Assembly: GCA_964518405.1 (NCBI GenBank)
Contig: CAZFGB010000044.1
Coordinates: forward strand, 14,862-78,861
DNA from: an uncultured Pseudomonadales bacterium
Lineage (GTDB): Bacteria; Pseudomonadota; Gammaproteobacteria; Pseudomonadales; Azotimanducaceae
Length of the DNA stretch: 64,000 nt
Reading direction: 5' to 3'
How positions within the stretch are numbered: position 1 is the first letter of the stretch; each line of letters opens with the position of its first letter. Of the stretch, positions 45,194 to 53,525 are shown one piece after another. The position numbers were made by a program, and so were the translations under genes. Below the pieces are notes generated by a model that ran no database searches, was not told the origin of the DNA, and saw nothing but the letters and a program-made list of their open reading frames with translations.

Positions 45194-47962
45194 TCACCGC
45201 CACTCGATGCGGTAGTTCATGTCGCGCACCACGGCGCCGAATGCCCGTTCGACGGCGTGCGCCCACTGGCCGTCCCGATGATATTCGATGGATCGTTCCT
45301 CCCCGTTCTCGAATGGAAGATCGCTCGCGACTTCGACCACCCTTTGCAGGACTTCCCGACGCAGGAACATCATGGTGCCGGAAAGAAACTCGACATCGCT
45401 CGACGCTTCGTCGATGCCGAGGCGATTCAGGAGTTCGAGGTATTTTTGCGGGTTGTCGTTGAGTTTCGTGTAGCGACACCGGCGAGAACCAAGCAGGCCG
45501 ATCTCGTCATGCGCCAGCATGAGCCTGATGTTCTCGACCGCGCATTCCCTGGTTCCCATAAGCGGGGTCAGCAACTTCCTGCGCCAGAGCTGGACCTCTC
45601 CCTTCGCCATGTGCGGGCTCTGCTTCGTGTGCACGAGGCAGAACAACCTGTAGTCGTCCATCCGCAGGTTGCGCAACAATTGGCAAAAGCCGCCGATATC
45701 CCGTCCGACGTTCTCGCTGATATAGATCCTGGCGGAAGGAAACGAATCCCGAATACGCGTGATGAGCGGCTGGTTGAAGCTGGTGTCGACCAGGTTGACG
45801 TAGAGGTCGCAGGTCTCCTCGGGAAGGTTTGCAAGGTACTCCGACAACTCGTCCCACAGCTCCGGATAGTAGACGTGCGCAAGGACGCACAGGGGTCGTT
45901 CGGACGACGAAAGTTCTGCGGGAAGCTCGAGGTCTGCGGAAGGCGTGGCCGACGGCTTCGCGGCGCCGTCGCCGCGCAGGGTGTGAAGCCTGGGTTCCCA
46001 GCGTCCGTGGCACATGTAGTGCCGCAATGCCTCCAATGGGGACTTCTCGGCGATGCGGCTCAGGTCGGGGTACAGTTCAAGATATTCCGCGGGATTGAAG
46101 TCCAGGGGAATCTCCCTGGGGTTGTCGCAAATCCGGCGCGCGAACTCGCCCTTTGAGCCGCTTCTGGACTCCGCCTCGCCATGCTGCCGATAGTGATTCG
46201 CCAACTGGTCGTCCGATAGCGGCGCAAGGTCGGGATACAGAGCGCGGTAGAACACGGGGTCGAAAACGAACGCCTCGTCTGCGCGCATGTCCAGCCGGTG
46301 CAGGTCGCGGATCATGGGATCGATGTCGTCGGGTTCGATGTCGATAGGCAATCGGCCTTCGACGGCGCCCCGCTCCAGGTAGTGCGCAAGGGGGTCCGTG
46401 TCCGCTTCCCGGATGTCGTCATTGCATGCCAGGTAGTAGGTGGGATCGAACAGAATGGGGAGAGCCCCCAGGTTTTTGTGCGCCTCGTGGTTCCGGCCGG
46501 CCAGGTCCACTCTGCCTGAACTCATGTAGGTTCGAGTCGGGTCTTCGGGCGTGCGATCGAACCGGCGGAAGAAAGGAGAGCGGAGCAACAGCGACTTGAA
46601 GTGTTGCCTGGGGGACCGGCCGAGGGGCATCAGGCGCCAGGCGAGCCTCAAGGTGCCGACCGCCGCTTGTCCGAGCAATCGGTGTGGGGATCGGACCATG
46701 GCAACGAGTATCGGCTTGAGAGCTCTCAAGGGCCTCGTCACGCGCCAGGATGTCGATTCCCGGAAATCATGGATCTGCCTGTCGCGGTCGGCGATGCCGT
46801 GACTGAGCGCATCGACCGTGGCGTCGCGGTCGACGATGGCGCGATTGAGTGCATCGACCGTCGCTTCGCGTTCAGCGATAGTGTGGTTGAGGGCGCTGAC
46901 GGTGGAGTCGCGATCGGCGATGATCCGGTCCAACGACTCGATCTGACTGTCCTTGTTTTCGACGGTCCGTTTCAGGTGGGACACGTCCGAATCGCGGTCG
47001 GCTATGGCCTGGTTCAGATTTCCGATGTGCTCTTCGCGACCGGCTATCGCCTCGTTGAGATTGGCGACCTCGGCTTTCAGCGCCTTGTTTTCCTGGCCTG
47101 CGCGCATGCCGGTGACGATGGGACGGACAAAAGCCTTCCCTGCTTCGTCAAGCGCCGATCTTATGGAGTCGAGTTCCGAAGCATCCGATTGGCGCACGTC
47201 CCCGCGACACCAGCGATCGACGATCTCGAAACTTGCCTCGACCCATCGGGAGACGGAATGACTGTGGACGATTTCGTCATCGTCATGCTCCTGATGCCGG
47301 CGCGAAGGGGTCAGAAATGCTTCGATTTCCATTTCCGACGAGGAGGAGCGCTTGGGCCATGCGATGCCCAGTTCGCGTTCCAGCCGGACCGCTGTATCGC
47401 TCCAGTTGTCCAGCAGTTCTTCGTAGCGGACGAATGCGCGCGGGTGCCGACGGGAGGCCGCCTCCGCGTCCAGCACGTTTCTCAACCACAGCAGCAGACC
47501 GATGGATGGATCGATCAGGTCCCGCTGATGAAGGGATCCCGCGACCTCGAGAGGATTTCGGATGGTAACGGCGATGACAGGCGCGACGGAGATGTCTTCC
47601 AGCGCGTCGATCCAGAACTTCAGCAGGCGGCAGACGCGCGGGTCCTTGAGGACGAACAGGCCGCTGTCGCCGAACTCGTTTTCGAGAACGGATCGGACGC
47701 GGCCGCGAAACCCATCGGCCGCGGGGGATTCGTACCAGCCCTGATGGAAAGCCTCCCAGTCGGCCCAGGAGGAACCGGCCGACTCGAGGATCGCATCGTT
47801 GAGCCCGGTGACTTCGCGAGATTCCCAGTAGCCCGCCTGGTTGTACTCGTTGGGTTCGAGGAGCGTCTTCGGCAGGCGGCAGCCGAGGCTTCCGAGCATG
47901 CGGGTGAGCGCGGAGGTGCCGCTGCGGTGCGTGCCGGCAACGATGACGCCTATCCTCTGCAC
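45194..47962 (-). CDS. Multidomain glycan-assembly protein: N-terminal sulfotransferase, 7 x 14-aa coiled-coil repeats, spacer, C-terminal RgpF-like (rhamnan-synthesis-F) domain
   Basis: AGTHRSGTSALTRML (5'-PSB) and IRNPLEVAGSLHQR (3'-PB). Repeats at aa 301-398. The C-terminus VLAHVYYPELWDELSEYL...YVNLVD...NVGRDIGGFCQLL resembles RgpF-type domains. Confidence 0.75.
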   Translation of the reverse strand: MQRIGVIVAGTHRSGTSALTRMLGSLGCRLPKTLLEPNEYNQAGYWESREVTGLNDAILESAGSSWADWEAFHQGWYESPAADGFRGRVRSVLENEFGDSGLFVLKDPRVCRLLKFWIDALEDISVAPVIAVTIRNPLEVAGSLHQRDLIDPSIGLLLWLRNVLDAEAASRRHPRAFVRYEELLDNWSDTAVRLERELGIAWPKRSSSSEMEIEAFLTPSRRHQEHDDDEIVHSHSVSRWVEASFEIVDRWCRGDVRQSDASELDSIRSALDEAGKAFVRPIVTGMRAGQENKALKAEVANLNEAIAGREEHIGNLNQAIADRDSDVSHLKRTVENKDSQIESLDRIIADRDSTVSALNHTIAEREATVDALNRAIVDRDATVDALSHGIADRDRQIHDFRESTSWRVTRPLRALKPILVAMVRSPHRLLGQAAVGTLRLAWRLMPLGRSPRQHFKSLLLRSPFFRRFDRTPEDPTRTYMSSGRVDLAGRNHEAHKNLGALPILFDPTYYLACNDDIREADTDPLAHYLERGAVEGRLPIDIEPDDIDPMIRDLHRLDMRADEAFVFDPVFYRALYPDLAPLSDDQLANHYRQHGEAESRSGSKGEFARRICDNPREIPLDFNPAEYLELYPDLSRIAEKSPLEALRHYMCHGRWEPRLHTLRGDGAAKPSATPSADLELPAELSSSERPLCVLAHVYYPELWDELSEYLANLPEETCDLYVNLVDTSFNQPLITRIRDSFPSARIYISENVGRDIGGFCQLLRNLRMDDYRLFCLVHTKQSPHMAKGEVQLWRRKLLTPLMGTRECAVENIRLMLAHDEIGLLGSRRCRYTKLNDNPQKYLELLNRLGIDEASSDVEFLSGTMMFLRREVLQRVVEVASDLPFENGEERSIEYHRDGQWAHAVERAFGAVVRDMNYRIEWR
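46769..47062. repeat. Seven tandem 42-bp (14-codon) coding repeats inside CDS 45194-47962
   Basis: NLNEAIAGREEHIG / NLNQAIADRDSDVS / HLKRTVENKDSQIE / SLDRIIADRDSTVS / ALNHTIAEREATVD / ALNRAIVDRDATVD / ALSHGIADRDRQIH. Confidence 0.85.
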
Positions 47963-47998
47963 ATTGACTCCCGTCGTTCCAATGTTCTCGAGCCGCAG

Positions 47999-49165
47999 TC
48001 AGTTGGCGAGCCTTCTCAGGCCGGCGGCCACGGCCAACCCGTTCGCTTCGAGGAACGCACAGTATGCCTGCGCGCGCGCCCGCCTGTTGGCGTCGAACCC
48101 TGCGGCGTCGAACTGATCGCGGAACAACCGGGACAGATCCTCAAGCCTGAGCCCGTCGATGCAATCCCTCGCCATTATGTGCGGGACGTTCATCGTTTGA
48201 CAGAGTTCGATCGTGCGGGAGTCCGATGCGATGCATAGCGCCGGCACGCCTGCCTGAAGACCGAGGACCGTGCCGTGGATGCGCGTCCCTACGACGAAGT
48301 CGAAGCGGCGAAGGAACTCCATCCATCCCGGGACGTTGAAAAAGATGATTGCATGGGCTCTCGCCCACGCCTTGAACGCATCCTTCGACAACTCCGGACC
48401 AATGTATTGGCGGCATTGGTCGAACTCTGCGGGCGTCAGCGCATCTATCTCGCCCCGGCCCATCCTTATGGACTCGAACGGGCTCTGGCATATGTATGCG
48501 CCCTTTGTCGCGGTGACGATGTGCGCCAGCGATCGTTCGATGCGGGAGAGATGTTTCCACCCCGGATGTCCTGCGGCGACCGCGACACGTTCCGGAACGC
48601 CGACCTGGCGATCCGATATCAGCCCGCCGAGGGTCGTGGAGGGATGGATGAAAAGACTCGGGCAGCCGGTAATGCAGGTGTTGCGGAATCCATATTCCTC
48701 CAGCACCCGGCGGCTGAACTCGCCGCGAACGCCTACATTCGCCATTCGGGAAGGGGCGAGTTCAGTGACGCGTCGCAACCACCGCACGGTGCCCTCGGGG
48801 ACCTCGGGAATCCTCATGTCCGGGGACGACTGCGCACCGAGGCCGATCGCCACCAATGGTGTCGAGATTTTCTCCAGGAGCCTTGCGAGCTGGCCGAGGT
48901 CGTGGTGGCGTCCGAACTGATTTGCACACGGAATGACGCAGATGTCCCCCGCCCTTTCGATCTGCTCCGGCGTTGAGATCCAAGGAATGGTCGCGCGCTC
49001 CGCCAGGCCGACCAGTTGGTGCTTGATGGCGTAAACGAAGGCCAGATTGCCGATGTTCGTGCCGAGTTGCCGACGAATCTCCTCGCTGCTCAGGAACGGA
49101 CTCGATCGCAGTGAGTCCGACTGGCCGAAAAGCACGGGTTGACGAGTTGGCTCGGCTACGTTCAT
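47999..49165 (-). CDS. Polysaccharide pyruvyl transferase family protein
   Basis: ...CVIPCANQFGRHHD...LVAIGLGAQS...VVGTRIHGTVLGLQAGVPALCIASDSRTIELCQTM is a WcaK/CsaB-like pattern. Confidence 0.7.
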   Translation of the reverse strand: MNVAEPTRQPVLFGQSDSLRSSPFLSSEEIRRQLGTNIGNLAFVYAIKHQLVGLAERATIPWISTPEQIERAGDICVIPCANQFGRHHDLGQLARLLEKISTPLVAIGLGAQSSPDMRIPEVPEGTVRWLRRVTELAPSRMANVGVRGEFSRRVLEEYGFRNTCITGCPSLFIHPSTTLGGLISDRQVGVPERVAVAAGHPGWKHLSRIERSLAHIVTATKGAYICQSPFESIRMGRGEIDALTPAEFDQCRQYIGPELSKDAFKAWARAHAIIFFNVPGWMEFLRRFDFVVGTRIHGTVLGLQAGVPALCIASDSRTIELCQTMNVPHIMARDCIDGLRLEDLSRLFRDQFDAAGFDANRRARAQAYCAFLEANGLAVAAGLRRLAN

Positions 49166-49703
49166 TCGCGATGCCGCGCCGGACGCGCCGGACGAGGGCC
49201 TGCCGACAGCGGTCGGTCGGGACGCCTACCGATGTCTACCGTCTTTCCCGTCGTCGTTTTCGGCATGTGGCGGGACCATTGCGCGTTTAACCGTGAGGAA
49301 GGAACGGTTCGAAAGCTCCGGCTGTCGGGAAGTCAGCAACGGATGGTGTGTTGAGGACGCGCAAATGCTGATCCCCCGAACTGGTCCAAGAAACTGGCGA
49401 CCGCTCACTAACTCCGGAACGTGACGCGCTAGAATGATAGCAACAGGGGCGAGCGAAGCGCCGCGGACTCGGGTTCTTCATCGGGCAGTCGAGAGAGAGA
49501 CGCGTTCGAGAGTCTGTCGATGGGTCCGATGTGATGAAGCAGGACGGTATCTTCCGGTCGATGAAGACTGCGAGCGCGATGGTCGAAGGCTGCATGCCGG
49601 AGAACTTCCGCGCATCCACCGCGCTCGGACATCGGCGCCGAGTCGTGAAGCCTTTTGCGTGGGCGCGTCCCGCATTACGGACGGCGCGGCGGTCCTGTAA
49701 CGT

Positions 49704-50717
49704 ATGAAAGGGCTGTTGGTGACTGGTGCCGCCGGCTACATCGGTAGCCACATGTGCCTGGAGTTGCTCCGCTCCGGCCGCAGTGTGGTGGCGGTCGATA
49801 ACCTCTGCAACGGTTCCGCGATTGCCCTGGATCGTGTCCGTGACATCACGGGCGGGGACATCGCGTTCGTCCGCGCCGACCTTCGCGACGCAAACGCCTT
49901 GGCGCGCGTATTCACCGACCACGAGATCGCCGCTGTCATTCACCTGGCGGGCCTGAAGTCGGTGGGGGAGTCGATGCAGCGGCCCCTCGATTACTACGAT
50001 AACAACGTCAACGGAACGTGCAGCCTTCTGCGGGCGATGCAGACAGTGGGCGTCAGGACGTTGGTGTTCAGTTCTTCCGCGACCGTCTACGGCGATCGGA
50101 CGACCGGGCCGATCCCCGAGTCCGCGCCCACAGAACCCGTCAATCCTTACGGCAGAACCAAACTCGTCATCGAGGACATGCTGAAGGCATTGAGTGACGC
50201 CGACCCCCACTGGCGAATATCTATCCTGCGATACTTCAATCCGGCCGGTGCCGACGCGTCCGGCGAGATCGGGGAAAGCCCGAATGGGATACCGAACAAC
50301 CTGATTCCGAATATCGGTTGGGTGACGGCGGGGAAGAGGCCGGTACTCAAGGTTTTCGGCAATGATTACCCGACGCCTGATGGAACTGTCGTCAGGGACT
50401 ACATTCATGTAGTCGACCTGGTCCGCGGCCACCTCCAGGCACTCGAACAGTTGCGCGCGGGGCGGCGGCTCAGCGTCTACAACCTGGGCAGAGGACGAGG
50501 ATACTCGGTGCTGGAAGTCGTGCGAGCCTTCGAGGATGCGAGCGGACTTGCGATCCCCTGCGAGATCGCGGGCCGCCGGCCCGGGGATGTACCGGAGTAC
50601 TGTGCCGACACGACCAAAGCCAACAGGGAACTGAACTGGCGCGCGGAGCGCGGCATCCGCCGCATGTGCGAGGACGCGTGGCGGTGGTATGCGACCCATC
50701 CCGACGGCTATGGGTAG
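49704..50717 (+). CDS. galE: UDP-glucose 4-epimerase
   Basis: MKGLLVTGAAGYIGSH...SSSATVYG...YGRTKL...RYFNPAGA...RDYIHVVDL. Confidence 0.9.
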   Translation: MKGLLVTGAAGYIGSHMCLELLRSGRSVVAVDNLCNGSAIALDRVRDITGGDIAFVRADLRDANALARVFTDHEIAAVIHLAGLKSVGESMQRPLDYYDNNVNGTCSLLRAMQTVGVRTLVFSSSATVYGDRTTGPIPESAPTEPVNPYGRTKLVIEDMLKALSDADPHWRISILRYFNPAGADASGEIGESPNGIPNNLIPNIGWVTAGKRPVLKVFGNDYPTPDGTVVRDYIHVVDLVRGHLQALEQLRAGRRLSVYNLGRGRGYSVLEVVRAFEDASGLAIPCEIAGRRPGDVPEYCADTTKANRELNWRAERGIRRMCEDAWRWYATHPDGYG

Positions 50718-50850
50718 GCGGGCCCCCGGGCGCCCGTCCCGGATCCCGCCGCCGCGGGTTTCGCGTCGTAGATCGGTTTAGCCGCAGGATGTATGCTTGC
50801 TTGAAGCTGGGAACAACGGGCGCGGGTTTGGGCGTGATCAGGAGGGTCTT

Positions 50851-51231
50851 GTGAACATTGGGAGATCGGCGAGGTTCACAGGCGCGGCGTTGTCCGCGGC
50901 CCTATTGCTCGCGTCGCCCGTCCAGGCAACAACCGCGGAGGTCGAGGGGAAGGTCAGGCGGACGCTGACGGTGGCCGACGACCGATTCGGCGGATGCATG
51001 GTCCTGCTCAGCGCGTCGCCGTCCGAAGAGGGGCTTGATTGCCAGAGCAGCTGGGTGACATTCAGTTGCGACGGCACCTACACAAGCAAGTCCAAAGCGC
51101 TGCGCATGTACGACTCGGCGCAATTGGCGTTCGTGACGGGTCGGACAGTGAAGGTCTGGGTGGACGACGCGAGACAGATCAACGGCCGCTGTTTCGTATC
51201 CCGCATAGACGTGCTGGACGCCGACGACTGA
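50851..51231 (+). CDS. Small secreted Cys-containing hypothetical protein
   Basis: GTG start with GGAGGG 4-5 nt upstream. Signal peptide ...AALSAALLLASPVQA. Four Cys in the mature part of about 100 aa. Confidence 0.5.
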   Translation: MNIGRSARFTGAALSAALLLASPVQATTAEVEGKVRRTLTVADDRFGGCMVLLSASPSEEGLDCQSSWVTFSCDGTYTSKSKALRMYDSAQLAFVTGRTVKVWVDDARQINGRCFVSRIDVLDADD

Positions 51232-51341
51232 TCCGATCTCCGGTTGAATGCGGTACCCGCGCCTACCCTTGGCGCAGTACTGATTCTCGTTCCGGGAGCA
51301 GGCGCATGCGTTCTGGATATGTGCCTTGAAACGGACAACGC

Positions 51342-51977
51342 ATGAACAAGGACAAGAGGCGCGAGATCTACCTGCGCCTGCAGGCGGAGAACCCGGCGCC
51401 GACCACCGAACTGGAATATCGATCACCATTCCAACTGCTGGTTTCCGTGATCCTCTCGGCGCAGGCGACGGACGTCAGCGTAAATCGCGCGACAAAAAAT
51501 CTCTTCGCCGAAGCGGGCACGCCGCAAGCGATGCTGGACCTCGGTCTGCCCAGGCTGAAGGAGCACATCAAGTCGATCGGCCTGTTCAACACCAAGGCGG
51601 CCAACATCCTGAAGACCTGCGATGCGCTCATCTCGCTCCACGGCGGCGAAGTTCCGCGGGAGCGCGCGGCCCTCGAGGCGTTGCCGGGCGTTGGCCGCAA
51701 GACCGCCAATGTCGTTCTCAACACAGCCTTCGGCGAACCCACTATCGCCGTGGACACGCATATCTTTCGCGTCGCCAATCGGACGAAGCTCGCGCCGGGC
51801 AAGACGCCGCGGCAGGTTGAGGACGAACTGCTCCGATTCACGCCGAACGACTTCAAGCGCGACGCCCACCACTGGCTGATTCTGCACGGACGCTATGTCT
51901 GCATCGCGCGCAAGCCGCGCTGCGGCGCCTGCGTGATAGAGGATCTGTGCGAGTACCGAGACAAGACGGATCCTTGA
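51342..51977 (+). CDS. nth: Endonuclease III
   Basis: FQLLVSVILSAQATD, LPGVGRKTANVVL (HhH-GPD), DTHIFRV, and the 4Fe-4S loop CIARKPRCGACVIEDLC. Confidence 0.95.
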   Translation: MNKDKRREIYLRLQAENPAPTTELEYRSPFQLLVSVILSAQATDVSVNRATKNLFAEAGTPQAMLDLGLPRLKEHIKSIGLFNTKAANILKTCDALISLHGGEVPRERAALEALPGVGRKTANVVLNTAFGEPTIAVDTHIFRVANRTKLAPGKTPRQVEDELLRFTPNDFKRDAHHWLILHGRYVCIARKPRCGACVIEDLCEYRDKTDP

Positions 51978-52020
51978 TCCGCCGGCATCTACCGCTCGTT
52001 GGTCGTCGTTGAGTTCCGGG

Positions 52021-52554
52021 TCAGCGACCCTTTCGCGGAACGCCCAGCGCTTCGAGATGGTCTACGAGGTCGGCACCGGCGGTGCGGGCATCGACCTCCC
52101 GGTCGATTCGGGCGATGACGCCATCCGGATCGATGAAATAGGTCCACCGGCTTGCGAATCCGCGCTCCGACAACACGCCGTAGGCGGCGGATACGGTGCG
52201 GTCGGCGTCCGACAGGATCGGGAAAGTGGCGCCATGCTCTTCGGCAAAGGCCTTGTTTGTTTCCGGTGTGTCGACACTGGCCATGAAGTACGCGACATCG
52301 AACGCTTCGATTTCTACGGCGCTGTCACGCAGCGCCTTGCACTGCATGGTTCAGCCGCCGGTGAAGGCCTTGGGAAAGAACGCGATGACGACAAACTGAC
52401 CGCTGTAGTCGGTCAGCGCGTGATGCCGGCCATCGGAACCAGGCAGGCGGAAGTCGGGCGCCATATCGCCGACATCCGCAGCCAGGCAACTCCCGGCAAG
52501 GACTCCGCAGGCCAAAACGCCAGCGCATTTGGCGAATCGAGGTCGAAATCTCAT
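52021..52554 (-). CDS. Secreted BCP/PrxQ-type peroxiredoxin with in-frame TGA (probable selenocysteine) at the peroxidatic position
   Basis: The ORFs 52351-52554 and 52021-52347 share a frame and join as ...[57 protein letters not shown].... N-terminal signal peptide. TGA at 52351-52353. Confidence 0.7.
52318..52336 (-). promoter_or_regulatory. SECIS-like hairpin downstream of the in-frame UGA
   Basis: The mRNA reads GGCGCUG-CGUGA-CAGCGCC, a 7-bp perfect stem with a 5-nt loop containing GU. The stem starts 14 nt after the UGA and the apical loop lies about 22 nt from it. Confidence 0.5.
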
Positions 52555-52612
52555 AGGGGTCTCCGGAAACTGCGGGCATTATCCTCGCACTCGGCCGACG
52601 AAGTCGAGGTGG

Positions 52613-53236
52613 TTATCGGCCACTCCACCGAGCCGGACTGAGTACGTCGGAGACCGGGGCAGCAAAACCAGGTAGCGTGGCGGACGAGGCAACGTCACCT
52701 GGCGCAAAGATGCCGTGGTCGACGTAGCTGTCGCCTTCGAGCGTGAGCACCGTGATCGTGGCGGCATGGGGGTCGACGATCCAGTACTCGGGTATTCGGA
52801 GGTCCGCATAGTCGTCGCGTTTCTGCACATAGTCGCGCTCCGGATCGTCCGGGCTGACGACTTCGACCACCAGGTCGGCACCAAGCCAATAGCGATCCTG
52901 ACGCCGCGAATCGTTCGCATCCCGGAGCAGCAGCAGGTCAGGCTCCCGGTATCGGCCCTCCCGGATTCGGAGCCGCAACGGCGCGAAACGCGCGATGCCA
53001 CGTTCGGTGCGTACGTATTGGTCGAATAGGCGGAACAACAGCACCAGGATCGATTGGTGCGAGTCTGTGGGCTCGCGTAGCTCCTCAATGCGTCCGTCTG
53101 CGAACTCCATGAGGCGGTTGCAGCGGTCGGTCAGCCTGAGATAGTCGGTCTCGTTTGCGGCGCTCGCCTGCGGGGAATGGCCACCGAACAAGGTGGCGTC
53201 GGCGACCTGTCTTGATGTTGCGGCGGTCCTGATCAT
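52613..53236 (-). CDS. Uma2-family (DUF820) PD-(D/E)XK endonuclease-like protein
   Basis: ...EFADGRIEEL...REPDLLLL...ADLVVEVVSPDDPERDYVQKRDDYADLRIPEYWIVDP is the typical Uma2 pattern. Confidence 0.8.
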   Translation of the reverse strand: MIRTAATSRQVADATLFGGHSPQASAANETDYLRLTDRCNRLMEFADGRIEELREPTDSHQSILVLLFRLFDQYVRTERGIARFAPLRLRIREGRYREPDLLLLRDANDSRRQDRYWLGADLVVEVVSPDDPERDYVQKRDDYADLRIPEYWIVDPHAATITVLTLEGDSYVDHGIFAPGDVASSATLPGFAAPVSDVLSPARWSGR

Positions 53237-53320
53237 CGAATGACCGTAGCATGCGTTTATGGGGTGCGGCAAACCAGTTGAGAAGAGCGTTCATGATTGA
53301 CGATTGCAACCGAGTGTTGT

Positions 53321-53397
53321 TGGCGCGCCCGGCGCGATTCGAACGCGCGGCCTTTGGCTTCGGAGGCCAACGCTCTATCCAGCTGAGCTACGGGCGC
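53321..53397 (-). tRNA. tRNA-Arg (anticodon CCG)
   Basis: The reverse complement folds by hand: acceptor GCGCCCG/CGGGCGC, D stem GCTC/GAGC, anticodon stem TTGGC/GCCAA with loop CTCCGAA, T arm GCGCG-TTCGAAT-CGCGC, encoded CCA. Confidence 0.95.
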
Positions 53398-53525
53398 GGG
53401 GCAACAAACATTAGCAGCGCGCGCCGCAAGATGCATTACGTTGACGCGAATTCGACTGTTGGGGAACTTGCTCGACGAATTCGCCGCGGTCGCGGCAGAG
53501 GTCGCGCCCGGTCGATTGAGTGATC

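Noticed and set aside
44075-46156. 693-aa plus-strand ORF across the glycan cluster
   Set aside because: It is antisense to the GT4 gene and the 922-aa multidomain gene, both of which have clear motifs. Its composition is a typical high-G+C shadow (R/G/A/P-rich) and no family is recognised.
49688-49695. ops/JUMPstart-like GGCGGTCC upstream of galE in the 540-bp divergent spacer of the glycan cluster
   Set aside because: It matches only the first six bases of the ops core (GGCGGTAG) and lies just 9 nt from the galE ATG. This is too weak a match, and too close to the start codon, to call a RfaH-dependent element.
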